DNA of 64,000 nucleotides from an uncultured Pseudomonadales bacterium (lineage in GTDB: Bacteria > Patescibacteriota > Microgenomatia > UBA1400 > PJMF01). The stretch covers positions 5,148 to 69,147 of the forward strand of contig CAZYBC010000004.1 in the NCBI GenBank assembly GCA_964645645.1, in the 5' to 3' direction. Below, piece after piece: positions 48,601 through 58,869 of the stretch. Every line of letters starts with the position of its first letter. Position 1 is the first letter of the stretch. Position numbers and translations under genes: made by a program. The notes beneath the pieces were generated by a model. It was not told the origin of the DNA. It did no database searches and was given only the letters and a program-made list of their open reading frames with translations.

Positions 48601-50514
48601 ATGACATTAAATTTTAAAAAAATTATCTTTGCTTTAGGCCTTACTTTTTTTTGTGCAAGTCAGTGTTTTGTTCATCCGCTACCGATTTCCGCCCAAGAAA
48701 ATCCTGTTCCAGAACCAACCCAACAGCCAGCCAGTGAACAAAATTTTGATACTAGCTTAACCACCATCTACACCGTCAATAAAAATGGCCAAACTTATGT
48801 AGAGCATCAATTTAAAATCAAAAATTTATCCCCAGAATATTACATTAACAAATATGGCCTCCAACTAAACAGCACTTCTATTGATAACATTAAAATTTAC
48901 CATCAAAATAAAGAACTTACTCCAGAAGTCACTAAAACCAACAAGGAAACTAGCATCGGCATTAGCTTGAGCGAAAAAGTTGTTGGAGAAGGAAAAATTA
49001 ATCAGCTTAAAATTAGCTATACGGATCCAGATGTCGCTCAAATTAATGGTCAAGTTTTAGAAATCAATATCCCTAAATTAGCTGATGCTAGCAAATACAA
49101 CCAACGGGATGTCAAATTAATTACACCAATTTATTATGGCTACCCTCAACGGGTTAATCTTACTAACTATGCGAATAGTCTTGATAATCAACAAGTAATT
49201 ACCTATTTTGCCAACCCTGGTGGAGAAGCCATTTCCGCACTCTTTGGCAATCAGCAGATTTACCAACTTAAAGCTGACTACTACTTAAATAACAATACTA
49301 GCAATCCTGGCTTAACTCAGATTGCTTTGCCACCAGATACCCCTTGGCAAAAAATTAATTACCAAGTTTTAGAACCGTTACCAGACGATTTTAAACTTGA
49401 TCAGGATGGTAATTGGATTGCTACTTATAAACTAGCTCCAGCTACCAGTATGACTGTTAAAATTCAGGCTTTAGTCAAAGTTAGCATTAATCAAGATCCC
49501 AATATTCCTGTGATTAGCCCAGGCAAAGAACATCTAGCCACCGCCAAACCTTGGCCAGTAGACAATGGCCAAATTAAAGATCTAGCTAAAACTTATAATT
49601 CTCCTAAAACTATCTATCAATACAGCATTGATACCTTAGATTACACCACCAAAGATTTGAGTAAAAAAATTGATCGTTTAGGGACGATGGAAGCGCTGAA
49701 CAACCCTACTGATGCTACCTGCCAAGAATTTACTGACTTATTTATTACTTTAGCCAGAGCCAATAATATTCCAGCCAGAAGATTAACTGGTTATGCTTAT
49801 TCTAATAACGAAAAGCTTAAACCCCTCAGTCTTAATCAAGACATTTTGCATGCTTGGCCAGAATATTGGGATGAAACTAAAAAAAATTGGATCAGCGTTG
49901 ATCCAACCTGGGAAGATACTACTGGCGGAATTGATTACTTTAATCAATTTGACTTAAACCATTTAGTCTTTGCCATTAATGGAGTAGACAGTAATCTACC
50001 TTATCCTGCTGGAGCATATAAAGAAGAGAGCAATCACGGTAAAACCGTAGAAGTCAGTTTTGCTCAAGATTTTCCAGTCATGCTACCCAAATTTGATTTA
50101 AAACTAGAACCAAGAGAACAGCCGTTTTCTTTGTTACCGGGTCTATATTATTTAACCCTTACTAACCAAACTGGTCAGGCTTGGTATAATTTAGACTTAG
50201 ATTTTGAAAGTGAAGCTGCCATTTTAATTGAAAACAGCTTTAATATTGATGCTTTTACGCTGCTACCTTTCCAAAATCTACAATTACCAGTCATTATTTA
50301 TAATCAAAATGGATGGAAACTCTCAGATACTCAATTAAACATTTTACTTAAATACAATCATGAAACCAAAGTCCAGCAACAATACCAAATTAAAACCGCA
50401 CCCAAGCTCCACCACTTTATCTACAACCCAGTCTTCTTGGCTAGCTTGGTCATCGGTGGTCTCATCGTTACCCTCATCGCCGGGAGTATATTGGTTTTTA
50501 GACGGAAAAAATAG
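48601..50514 (+). CDS. Secreted, C-terminally anchored transglutaminase-like protein
   Basis: Signal peptide; ATCQEF, HAWPE, VDPTW catalytic triad; C-terminal TM plus RRKK. Confidence 0.88.
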   Translation: MTLNFKKIIFALGLTFFCASQCFVHPLPISAQENPVPEPTQQPASEQNFDTSLTTIYTVNKNGQTYVEHQFKIKNLSPEYYINKYGLQLNSTSIDNIKIYHQNKELTPEVTKTNKETSIGISLSEKVVGEGKINQLKISYTDPDVAQINGQVLEINIPKLADASKYNQRDVKLITPIYYGYPQRVNLTNYANSLDNQQVITYFANPGGEAISALFGNQQIYQLKADYYLNNNTSNPGLTQIALPPDTPWQKINYQVLEPLPDDFKLDQDGNWIATYKLAPATSMTVKIQALVKVSINQDPNIPVISPGKEHLATAKPWPVDNGQIKDLAKTYNSPKTIYQYSIDTLDYTTKDLSKKIDRLGTMEALNNPTDATCQEFTDLFITLARANNIPARRLTGYAYSNNEKLKPLSLNQDILHAWPEYWDETKKNWISVDPTWEDTTGGIDYFNQFDLNHLVFAINGVDSNLPYPAGAYKEESNHGKTVEVSFAQDFPVMLPKFDLKLEPREQPFSLLPGLYYLTLTNQTGQAWYNLDLDFESEAAILIENSFNIDAFTLLPFQNLQLPVIIYNQNGWKLSDTQLNILLKYNHETKVQQQYQIKTAPKLHHFIYNPVFLASLVIGGLIVTLIAGSILVFRRKK

Positions 50515-51820
50515 AGTTTTATACGTTGGTAAAGCCAAAAATTTAAAAAAACGTTTACAAAACTATACTCAGCTTAAACGTCTATCACCGCGCATCAAAG
50601 ACATGGTGCATACGGCGGTTAAATTGCAGTGGGAAGTTTTAGAAAGTGAACTAGAAGCTTTGTTAATTGAAGCGGAATTAATTCGCCTGCATCAGCCAGC
50701 TTTTAATATTTTACTCAAAGATGACAAAACTCCACTTTATTTAGTCATTACTGATGAAACTTATCCACGTCTTTTACGGATTCGCAAAAAAGAAATTCCC
50801 CAATACCAAAACCGCGGTAAAATTTTAGGCCCTTACCAAAGTAGTTATAAACTCAATGAAGTATTAAAAATAGCTCGCCGGATTTTTCCCTGGTGCGACG
50901 AAGCTGGCAAAAAAACTCATTTTTCTACCAACCAGCCAACACCCAAAGCCTGTTTTTATTACCATCTGCAACTGTGTTCTGGAGCCTGTATCGGCAAAGT
51001 TTCTTCAGCAGATTATCAAGCCATGATTAAACAACTCACTTTGTTTTTACAAGGCAAGAAAAAAAACGTGGTTAAAAACATGACTACCCAGATGAAAGAT
51101 TTAGCTGATCAACTCAAATTTGAACAAGCTAATCAAATTAAACTTCAGTTAGCCATGATTGAAGAAGTCACCAGCCATAATTACCACCTTAAACCAGAAT
51201 TAATTTTACCAGCGCTCAATCAAAATCAAGCCCAACACGCTTTGCTGCATCTTTATAAAATCCTCGCAACTCACTTAAATTTACCCAAAAATTACCAATT
51301 TCACCGCATGGAAGGCTATGACGTTAGCAACATTATGGGCAAAAATGCCAGCGTTTCCATGGTGGTTTTTGAGGACGGTCAGCCAGCCAAAGACCAATAT
51401 CGACTTTTTAATATCAAAACTCTTGATACACCCAATGATTACCAGATGATGAAAGAAGCCCTCACTCGCCGTCAAAATCATTCCGAATGGCCTTGGCCTA
51501 ATCTAATTATTATGGATGGGGGAAAAGGGCAAGTACGCTCGGCGTTAAGTGTTTGGAAAAACACCAATACACCCATTATTGGCTTAGTAAAACACCCAGA
51601 CCGCGTGGTAATTCCAAGCCGAGTGGAAAGTATGGTCGGGAATACCACCGGGGCTATTGGCTCCGACAAATCCAAGCGACTCAAAATTACTTGGCAAGTG
51701 ATCAAACTCCCAACAGATCATCCCAGCTTAAAACTTTTGGAACAGGTGCGGGATGAATCACATCGTTTTGCAAAAAAGCAACATATGAAATTGAGAAATA
51801 AGAGTTTTATTGAAGAGTAA
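50360..51820 (+). CDS. uvrC: Excinuclease ABC subunit C (short form; start uncertain, ATG 50360 or GTG 50456)
   Basis: LPSSPGVY..LYVGKAKNL (GIY-YIG), EGYDVSN, DGGKGQ, RDESHRFA; no C-terminal HhH. Confidence 0.93.
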   Translation: MKPKSSNNTKLKPHPSSTTLSTTQSSWLAWSSVVSSLPSSPGVYWFLDGKNRVLYVGKAKNLKKRLQNYTQLKRLSPRIKDMVHTAVKLQWEVLESELEALLIEAELIRLHQPAFNILLKDDKTPLYLVITDETYPRLLRIRKKEIPQYQNRGKILGPYQSSYKLNEVLKIARRIFPWCDEAGKKTHFSTNQPTPKACFYYHLQLCSGACIGKVSSADYQAMIKQLTLFLQGKKKNVVKNMTTQMKDLADQLKFEQANQIKLQLAMIEEVTSHNYHLKPELILPALNQNQAQHALLHLYKILATHLNLPKNYQFHRMEGYDVSNIMGKNASVSMVVFEDGQPAKDQYRLFNIKTLDTPNDYQMMKEALTRRQNHSEWPWPNLIIMDGGKGQVRSALSVWKNTNTPIIGLVKHPDRVVIPSRVESMVGNTTGAIGSDKSKRLKITWQVIKLPTDHPSLKLLEQVRDESHRFAKKQHMKLRNKSFIEE

Positions 51821-51902
51821 GCCAACCTAGCTTGCCAACCCCACTACAGCTGTTCTAAACTTTAAAATAGTTACTTACTGCAAAATAAAAAATATAACCT
51901 CT

Positions 51903-52268
51903 ATGAAAATCCTTAAATCTATTCTTATCACCGGCCTCAGCATTGCTTTATTAGCTTATCTTTTGCCAACAGTTTCTTATCAAAATTTAACTGCCCTAAT
52001 TCTAGCCAGCATTGTACTGACTTTACTGAATAAAATTGTTAAACCAATTTTAAAAATTCTATTTTTACCAGTTAATATTGTCACTTTAGGTCTATTTTCT
52101 TGGGTAATTAATTTAGCCTTACTAGCTTTGGCCACTTATTTAGTGCCTGGTTTCCAAATTAAAGCCATGGTGCTTTTTGGCCAACCAATCGGCTGGTTGG
52201 GTTCTTTATTTATCACTTCTTTTTTGATTGCCATTGCCCAAAGTTTTATTGGCTTATTTATTAAATAA
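51903..52268 (+). CDS. YvlD-like 4-TM holin-family membrane protein
   Basis: LNKIVKPIL..L.LP.NI.TLGLF..VIN...VPGF. Confidence 0.85.
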   Translation: MKILKSILITGLSIALLAYLLPTVSYQNLTALILASIVLTLLNKIVKPILKILFLPVNIVTLGLFSWVINLALLALATYLVPGFQIKAMVLFGQPIGWLGSLFITSFLIAIAQSFIGLFIK

Positions 52269-52373
52269 CAGCGCTCCCAAGAGCTAAAAAACCTTTTAGA
52301 TAAAATTTTTTGATTAAACTTCTCTAAAGCCTGGTAACTACCATCACCGCTTAAAAATTGCTATAATGTTAGT

Positions 52374-53384
52374 ATGAAAATTCGTCATTTATTGTTTGTA
52401 TTATGTTTACCTCTAGTTACTAGCCTCGCTAGTAGCCAAAAAGTCTGGGCTCAAACCACCGAGCAAGTCGCTGTAGAACAAGCCCAAGTTGCTCCTACCA
52501 AAAAACCTACTTTAGACACTGTCGAAATTGAAATTTTAGATCATGATGTACAAGCTACTTTATCAGCCACTCAAGAAGCTACAGGAGAAACTAAATTGGC
52601 TTCTCCTTCCGCTGAAGTAGTCCAAAAAATTCAAGAAAAAAAAGACGAGGATATTACTGAAACTGGGGGCAAACAAAAAAGCAAATTAGTCACTTATATT
52701 GAAGAACATCCACCCGGACCATTAAGTTGGAATAACTTTTTATTGCATGCCTTAATTAAGGCAATTGAGAAAGGTTTACCAGCCAACCTTGTGGTTTTGT
52801 TATTGCTCTTTCCTTTAATTGCTTCTCTTATTGCGGTCTCCAGACATATTTTGGGCTTGCAAGGTTTTGGTATTTATATCCCCGCAGTTTTATCCGTAGC
52901 CTTTGTATCCACAGGAATTTTTAATGGGGTAATTATCTTTTTAGCAGTGCTAATTTTTGCCACTTTAACCAGATTCCTAATCAAAAAACTCAAATTACCA
53001 TATTTACCTAGAACTGCCATGTTATTGTGGGGAGTTTCAATTTTAGTCTTAGGTTTATTAGTTTTATCTTCCCAATTTAATATTTTAGACTTATTAAGCA
53101 TTAATATTTTTCCAATCTTAATTATCATGTTGTTAACAGAAAATTTCATGGAATCTCAGCTATTTAATAGTCAAAAAGAAGCCTTAAAACTTACTTTTGA
53201 AACTTTATTAATTGCGGTTTCTTGTGCTGTTTTGATTAGCCAAGATGCTGTACAAATGTTTGTTATTTTAAGACCAGAATTAACCCTCATTGGCACAGCC
53301 GTCCTTAACTACATGATTGGTAAATATACCGGCTTAAGACTTTTGGAATATCTCCGCTTTAGTCAAATCATTAACAACAAATAA
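52374..53384 (+). CDS. 7TM domain protein of the type associated with inactive transglutaminase / ATP-grasp operons
   Basis: RHILGLQGFGIYIP, LPYLPR, IFPILII...TENF, GKYTGLRLLEYLRF. Confidence 0.8.
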   Translation: MKIRHLLFVLCLPLVTSLASSQKVWAQTTEQVAVEQAQVAPTKKPTLDTVEIEILDHDVQATLSATQEATGETKLASPSAEVVQKIQEKKDEDITETGGKQKSKLVTYIEEHPPGPLSWNNFLLHALIKAIEKGLPANLVVLLLLFPLIASLIAVSRHILGLQGFGIYIPAVLSVAFVSTGIFNGVIIFLAVLIFATLTRFLIKKLKLPYLPRTAMLLWGVSILVLGLLVLSSQFNILDLLSINIFPILIIMLLTENFMESQLFNSQKEALKLTFETLLIAVSCAVLISQDAVQMFVILRPELTLIGTAVLNYMIGKYTGLRLLEYLRFSQIINNK

Positions 53385-53386
53385 CT

Positions 53387-54667
53387 ATGCTCAAAGCTAA
53401 CACCATTTTGGGCATGAATGCTCGAAATCAACTCTACACGACTCTTAATTCCAAAAAGGCACGTAGTATTTGTTCGTCAAAATATGCTACTAAAATTCTA
53501 TTGACTAATAAAAATATTCCCACTGCTCAAATCTATGCCGTAATGGCTACCTCTGAGGATATTAATGAATTTGATTGGTCAACTTTAACTACCAACTTCG
53601 TGATTAAACCAACCAACGGCAATGCGGGTAAAGGGGTAATCGCATTTAGAAAATATTCCGAAAAAGGTCATTATTGGCTAGATACGCTAAGAAGAAAGTG
53701 GACCCTGGATGATCTAAAATTACATTGTTTTGATATTTTGGAAGGGCAATATAGCACTTATGGTTCTAACCACAAAATTATTATTGAAGAGCGTGTCCCT
53801 ATTCATCCTAAATTGCTTAAATATTCCAGCCAAGGTACGCCAGATATTAGAATCATTGTTTTTAATAGTGTGCCAGTGATGGCAATGATGCGTTTACCTA
53901 CCTTAGAATCAGAAGGTCGAGCTAATTTATCTCAGGGAGCAATTGGTTTAGGGATTGATCTAGCTACGGGATTGACTACTCACGCCATTATCCATAAAAA
54001 CCAGGTTATCAAATATCTACCTGGTACAGAAAAAAAATTAATTGGCATTAAAATTCCTTTTTGGCAAAAATTACTTTTAACCGCCGTGCAAGCTTCTCAT
54101 GCCGCAGATTTATCTTTTGCCGGCATTGATTTATTTGTTCACAAAGAAAAAGGGCCAATGGTGGTAGAACTTAATTCTAATCCTGGGTTGTCTATTCAAA
54201 ATGCTAATGATGCTGGCTTAAGACGCCGTTTGCAAAGAGTAGAGGATCTCAACGTTCTTAATGCTGAACATGGCGTCAGAATCGGCCAAGCTTTATTTGC
54301 CGAACACTACGCTGACCAAATTGTAGCTGAAGAAGGCATTAAAATTATTCAAGCTAAAGAAGAAATTAGCCTTTTTGACAGCCAAAATCATCCTCATAAA
54401 GTCAATGCTTTAATTAACACTGGCCGACAACAAAGTGTCGTAGCCTTTGATTTAATGGAAGATCTCAATTTAATTGAAATCGATGATCCTTTATGGTTTA
54501 ACACTTCCCGCGAAGAAGGCAAAATTCCAATTGTAGAAATTAAAATTAAACTTAAACAACGAACTATTAAAACAACTGCCATTGTTTCTAAAAGATTAAA
54601 TCGCAAAAAATGTAAAATTGAGATTGGCAGACATGATTTAGCTGGCTTTTTAATTAAAGCACTGTAA
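53387..54667 (+). CDS. alpha-L-glutamate-ligase-like ATP-grasp protein with C-terminal aspartyl-protease-like domain
   Basis: ILGMNARN, VIKP..GNAGKG, PDIRII, AMMRLPT..S.GRANL.QG, ELNSNPGL; tail ALINTG...IGRHDL. Confidence 0.85.
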   Translation: MLKANTILGMNARNQLYTTLNSKKARSICSSKYATKILLTNKNIPTAQIYAVMATSEDINEFDWSTLTTNFVIKPTNGNAGKGVIAFRKYSEKGHYWLDTLRRKWTLDDLKLHCFDILEGQYSTYGSNHKIIIEERVPIHPKLLKYSSQGTPDIRIIVFNSVPVMAMMRLPTLESEGRANLSQGAIGLGIDLATGLTTHAIIHKNQVIKYLPGTEKKLIGIKIPFWQKLLLTAVQASHAADLSFAGIDLFVHKEKGPMVVELNSNPGLSIQNANDAGLRRRLQRVEDLNVLNAEHGVRIGQALFAEHYADQIVAEEGIKIIQAKEEISLFDSQNHPHKVNALINTGRQQSVVAFDLMEDLNLIEIDDPLWFNTSREEGKIPIVEIKIKLKQRTIKTTAIVSKRLNRKKCKIEIGRHDLAGFLIKAL

Positions 54668-54710
54668 ATCTGATTGTCTATTAAAAAAATCAGATTTTAG
54701 AAAATTATTT

Positions 54711-55649
54711 ATGGGTCTAATCCGTGATTTAACACCACTCAATCTGCTTACTGAAAAACAAAAATTTTTTGCCGATACAACTTACAACCCACAATTTAAA
54801 TACATTAGAAAATTTAGCAAGGCTGAGCTTTATCAATATGGTTTTCCTAAAGCTAAATTAGTAGCTTTTGCCGAAATGATCCTCAAAAAATATCCCGGAA
54901 GAACTATTTCCAATCGTGAAATATTATCTAAAACTTACATCAAACAACAAATTACAGATCTATTTCAAAAATTAGGTTTAACTAAAATTCCCATTTATTT
55001 TTCTACAGATTTTTCTTTTAGTGCCATGCTATCTAGCGAAGGCTTATTTTTTAGAGAACCGGTTTTTTTAAGTAAAGAAGAATTAATTTCTAAACTCAAC
55101 CATGAAATTCAAACTCATTTGTTAAGAAGAATTAATCATCAACACTTTTTTGGCAAAAAAATTAAAATTGAAGACGAAGTAGAATTTAAAAAAACTGAAG
55201 AAGGTTTAGCTGTCCTTAACTACTACATTCAGAAAAAAAATAAATTTAGCCGTAAATCATTTGTCAGTTACTATTCTGTATATCTAACTCAAAAATATTC
55301 TTTTGCCAAAAGCTTTGCTATTCTTAGAAGTTATCAAGTTAATGAAAAAATGGCTTGGAATCTTTTAGTCCAAAAAAAACGAGGTTTAGAAGATACTAGC
55401 CAGCCCGGTGGTTTTACCAAAGATTTAGTTTATCTAGAAGGCATGGTCAAAGTTGCCAAATGGCTATTAAAAAACCAAACCCCCAATTTGTTATATGCTG
55501 GTAGAATAAGTTTAAAACAAGCCGATCAACTAAAAAACACCATTGATCAAAAACAAATTTTACTGCCTACTTTTTTAGCTGATCAAAAATTTTATCTTAA
55601 CCAAATTAAAAAAATTGTTGAAGCCAATCACTTAGATGAACTTTTTTAA
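54711..55649 (+). CDS. DUF1704/MATCAP-like metallocarboxypeptidase
   Basis: HEIQTH (HExxxH), TEEGLA, KRGL.DTS.PGGFTKD.VYL.G. Confidence 0.82.
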   Translation: MGLIRDLTPLNLLTEKQKFFADTTYNPQFKYIRKFSKAELYQYGFPKAKLVAFAEMILKKYPGRTISNREILSKTYIKQQITDLFQKLGLTKIPIYFSTDFSFSAMLSSEGLFFREPVFLSKEELISKLNHEIQTHLLRRINHQHFFGKKIKIEDEVEFKKTEEGLAVLNYYIQKKNKFSRKSFVSYYSVYLTQKYSFAKSFAILRSYQVNEKMAWNLLVQKKRGLEDTSQPGGFTKDLVYLEGMVKVAKWLLKNQTPNLLYAGRISLKQADQLKNTIDQKQILLPTFLADQKFYLNQIKKIVEANHLDELF

Positions 55650-55651
55650 CT

Positions 55652-56635
55652 ATGCCACAAAATTCTCAAATCCCAAACTTAGACGCCAGCGCCAGAATTA
55701 TTAGTGAAGAAGCACAAAAAAGAGGCATTCATTGCAGCTATTTTGAGCATCGCAACTTAATCTTAATGGAAAAAAATGGTCAACAATGGTATACCTGCGG
55801 ATCAAGAACCTCTTTTCAATCCTCAGTGGGTCTAACTATTGCTAACAACAAAAGTTTAACCAAAAAAATACTTAATCGTTTTGACTTACCAACTGCCAAA
55901 GCAGTTAGAGTTAATCAACAGAGCGACCTAGTCCAAATCAAAAATTTACAATTTCCTTTAGTAATGAAACCCATTGATGGCGCTCATGGCAGTGGGGTAG
56001 TGGTTGGCCTAAAAACCTATCAAGAAGCTGAAGCTGCTTGGCAAGCTAATCCTAAAATTATGATTTTTGAAGAAACTCTCCAAGGCATAGAATATCGCGT
56101 TGTCTGTATTGATTATAAATTTACAGCCGCCGCTTTCCGCAAACCAGCTCATGTAATAGGAGATGGCCAGCAAACCATCGCTCAACTCATTGCAGAAAAA
56201 AACCAACACCCATGGCGCTCTGAAGGCCATCAAGGTAATTTAACTAAAATCATGGTTGATGATCTAGTCACAGCCAACCTGGCCGAACAAAATTTCAAAG
56301 TAGATGATGTGCCAGCCAAAGACAGCTATGTCTTTTTACGTAAAACTGCTAACCTTTCTACAGGCGGTGAAGCTTGGGATGTAACTGATGAAGTCTGCCC
56401 AGAAAACATTGCCCTATTTGAAAAAATTGCCCGTTGCTGTGATTTAAATACCATCGGGATTGATATCATGTGCCAAACTTTAACTACCCCCATTACTCAG
56501 CAAGCCCAAGCTGGAGTAATTGAAGTTAATGCTTCACCTGGTTTAAGAATGCATCATTATCCTATTAAAGGCAAAGCTAGAAATGTAGCTGGACAAATTT
56601 TAGATATGGTAGAAAAGTATGTCCTAATTAAATAG
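55652..56635 (+). CDS. Stand-alone ATP-grasp ligase (cyanophycin synthetase / GshAB C-terminal-like)
   Basis: VMKPIDGAHGSGV, EYRV, RKPAHVIGDG, ANLSTGG, IEVNASPGLRMH. Confidence 0.85.
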   Translation: MPQNSQIPNLDASARIISEEAQKRGIHCSYFEHRNLILMEKNGQQWYTCGSRTSFQSSVGLTIANNKSLTKKILNRFDLPTAKAVRVNQQSDLVQIKNLQFPLVMKPIDGAHGSGVVVGLKTYQEAEAAWQANPKIMIFEETLQGIEYRVVCIDYKFTAAAFRKPAHVIGDGQQTIAQLIAEKNQHPWRSEGHQGNLTKIMVDDLVTANLAEQNFKVDDVPAKDSYVFLRKTANLSTGGEAWDVTDEVCPENIALFEKIARCCDLNTIGIDIMCQTLTTPITQQAQAGVIEVNASPGLRMHHYPIKGKARNVAGQILDMVEKYVLIK

Positions 56636-56697
56636 TTCTTAACTTCAAAGATGTTCTTTTTCTTTAAATATGTTACTATATACAAGTAACTCAAACT

Positions 56698-57951
56698 ATG
56701 AAAAAGTCATTCATTCTTCTCACCCTTACTGCCTTTGTTAGTTTGTTAATTGCCAGCTTTGGCTTAGCTAAACCAGCTTTAGCTTTACAATGTTTAGAGG
56801 AACGCAATCACACTCCTAGCACTAGTAACATTGAAGGCACTTATCTTTTTTACTGTAACCAACTTTCTTGTACTCATAGCCCAGATGCTAATAATAATGA
56901 TGTTTATGCTTTACGTTGTGATAGCAGTAATGCTGTTTATTACACTTACCGTTCTGGCAAAATTACAGATCAATGTGCCATTTTCCCAACTGGAGCAGGG
57001 GGTTATCACTATTTACCTACCGGCCAAGCTTGTGAATGTTTAGCTTATCAAATTGACTGGATGAGCAGAAATAGCAGCAATAATTTAGTTAATGTTGGTT
57101 GGACCATGGACGATGCTCCTCAAAGTAGCTGCGCTATTACCCTCACTCCTACGCCAACCATCAGCAAAACTCCAACTCCCACAAAAACTCCCACTCCAAC
57201 TAAAACTCCTACCCCTACCAAGACACCAACTCCTAGCTTAACTCCTACGCCAACTACTAAACCTCATTCTAGCTCTTGTGATGATCTTAATATTATTAGT
57301 GGCAACGATTCTTTAGTCCCAGCTACAGTTAAATTTGAAGCCAAGGCCAGTGATAGTGATAATTTAATCAGGAAATATAAATTCTATTTTGGCGATGGCG
57401 ATAGTGAAGAAAGCTATTCCAACCAAATCAGTCACTATTATGATGTCTCTGGTACTTTTACTGCCAGAGTAGAAATTCAAGATAGCCAATCTAACTGGCA
57501 AACCAGCAGTGCTTGCACCGCTAGTGTCACTATTAAATCCTCAGAAGTAGAAAGCCATAAATCAGCTTGTAGCGATCTTTTTATTACCGCCGGTAACTAT
57601 AGTTATGCGCCTACCACCATTAATTTCACAATCAATGGTTATGATAACAAAGGAAATTTGCAAGCTTATCGAATTAATTATGGTGATAATCAGCAAGAAG
57701 AACTTAGTTATAATACCTTTAGTCATTATTATGCTCAGGCTGGTACTTACACCGTTTCTGCCTATGTTAAAGATTCTCATGGTAATTGGTTAGGCGGAAG
57801 CAATGGCTGTGTCAAATCAGTGACTATTAAAAATCACGTTTTAACTCGCCAACCAGAAACCGGTGCTAACTTATTAGTTTCTGGTTTAAGCCTTATGTCT
57901 GGCATCAGTGGTTTGATCCTTAGCTATCTAAAGAAACGCTTTAAAGCCTAA
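56698..57951 (+). CDS. Sortase-substrate surface protein with PT linker and two PKD-like domains
   Basis: Signal peptide, Cys-rich N-domain, (KTPTPT)n, FGDG/YGDN..HYY..GT motifs, QPETG + TM + KKR. Confidence 0.85.
   Translation: MKKSFILLTLTAFVSLLIASFGLAKPALALQCLEERNHTPSTSNIEGTYLFYCNQLSCTHSPDANNNDVYALRCDSSNAVYYTYRSGKITDQCAIFPTGAGGYHYLPTGQACECLAYQIDWMSRNSSNNLVNVGWTMDDAPQSSCAITLTPTPTISKTPTPTKTPTPTKTPTPTKTPTPSLTPTPTTKPHSSSCDDLNIISGNDSLVPATVKFEAKASDSDNLIRKYKFYFGDGDSEESYSNQISHYYDVSGTFTARVEIQDSQSNWQTSSACTASVTIKSSEVESHKSACSDLFITAGNYSYAPTTINFTINGYDNKGNLQAYRINYGDNQQEELSYNTFSHYYAQAGTYTVSAYVKDSHGNWLGGSNGCVKSVTIKNHVLTRQPETGANLLVSGLSLMSGISGLILSYLKKRFKA
57139..57258 (+). repeat. Coding Pro-Thr linker repeat (18-nt unit)
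   Basis: KTPTPT repeated about four times. Confidence 0.8.
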
Positions 57952-57985
57952 TTCATTTAGTCGAATTTAGGCTTTAACTAAAAAC

Positions 57986-58618
57986 ATGAAAGTGTTAAGC
58001 AAAATCCCTGCTTGGGTACCACTAGCGTTAGCAGGCATCTTCATCATTTGGTTGTTGAATACTTTTGTGCCGATTATTATAGTGGAAAGCCGCTACCAAA
58101 TTCAAAAATTCTTCCGTGAACAACTTAAAATTACTAGTTTAAAAGAACTGTTTGTGCCAGACTTTAGCGCCTTTAGTGACATTGGCTCTAGTTATAAAGA
58201 TTTTGGCCTGTATATCCCCAGCATTTATCTTAATGAACCAATCATTGCTAATGTCGATGCCAATAACAAAAAAAACTATCAACAGGCACTCAAACAAGGC
58301 ATCGCCCATGCCGCCGGGACGCCATTACCAGGCAATAGCGGACTTGGCTATTACTTTGCCCATTCTTCTAGTGCTGGCTTAATTTCTGCCAAAAGTGCTG
58401 TGTTTTATCTTTTAGGTAAATTAAAAGCCGGCGATCTTGTTTACATCTGGCACAACAATCAAAAGTTTACTTACCAAGTCACTCAAACTCAGATCACCCC
58501 TGCCAACCAAACTGATTTTCTTACAGCCCATTATGAACAAGAAACCATTGTCCTACAAACCTGTTGGCCAATAGGAACTAACCACCAACGCTTGTTGGTC
58601 TTTGCGCAAAGGCAATAA
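57986..58618 (+). CDS. Sortase
   Basis: GIAH..GT.LPG, FAHSS, LQTCWP, RLLVFA. Confidence 0.92.
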   Translation: MKVLSKIPAWVPLALAGIFIIWLLNTFVPIIIVESRYQIQKFFREQLKITSLKELFVPDFSAFSDIGSSYKDFGLYIPSIYLNEPIIANVDANNKKNYQQALKQGIAHAAGTPLPGNSGLGYYFAHSSSAGLISAKSAVFYLLGKLKAGDLVYIWHNNQKFTYQVTQTQITPANQTDFLTAHYEQETIVLQTCWPIGTNHQRLLVFAQRQ

Positions 58619-58669
58619 AAACTAGGCTTAAAAAAGAGAGTTTTTAGGCCAAAAAAATAAAAGGAAAAA

Positions 58670-58843
58670 ATGGCAAAAAATAGAGTAAAAGAACCTATAA
58701 TTCCAAAAAAAGAATCTAATCTCGCTCAAAAAATAGCTGATTGGATATTAAATAATGCACCAGGTCTTTTTCTTTCTTTGATTAATCAAGATTCAATTGA
58801 AGCTTATGAAGATCCTAATCTTAAATATCAAAAAAAGAAGTAA
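58670..58843 (+). CDS. Hypothetical 57-aa protein, absent from ORF track
   Basis: AAGGA RBS; MAKNRVKEPII...YQKKK*. Confidence 0.45.
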   Translation: MAKNRVKEPIIPKKESNLAQKIADWILNNAPGLFLSLINQDSIEAYEDPNLKYQKKK

Positions 58844-58869
58844 ACCCCAAAATAAAACCCTCCACTTAA

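Noticed and set aside
51903-52268. Prophage inferred from holin-family gene
   Set aside because: YvlD-like proteins are common chromosomal genes; no phage structural genes nearby
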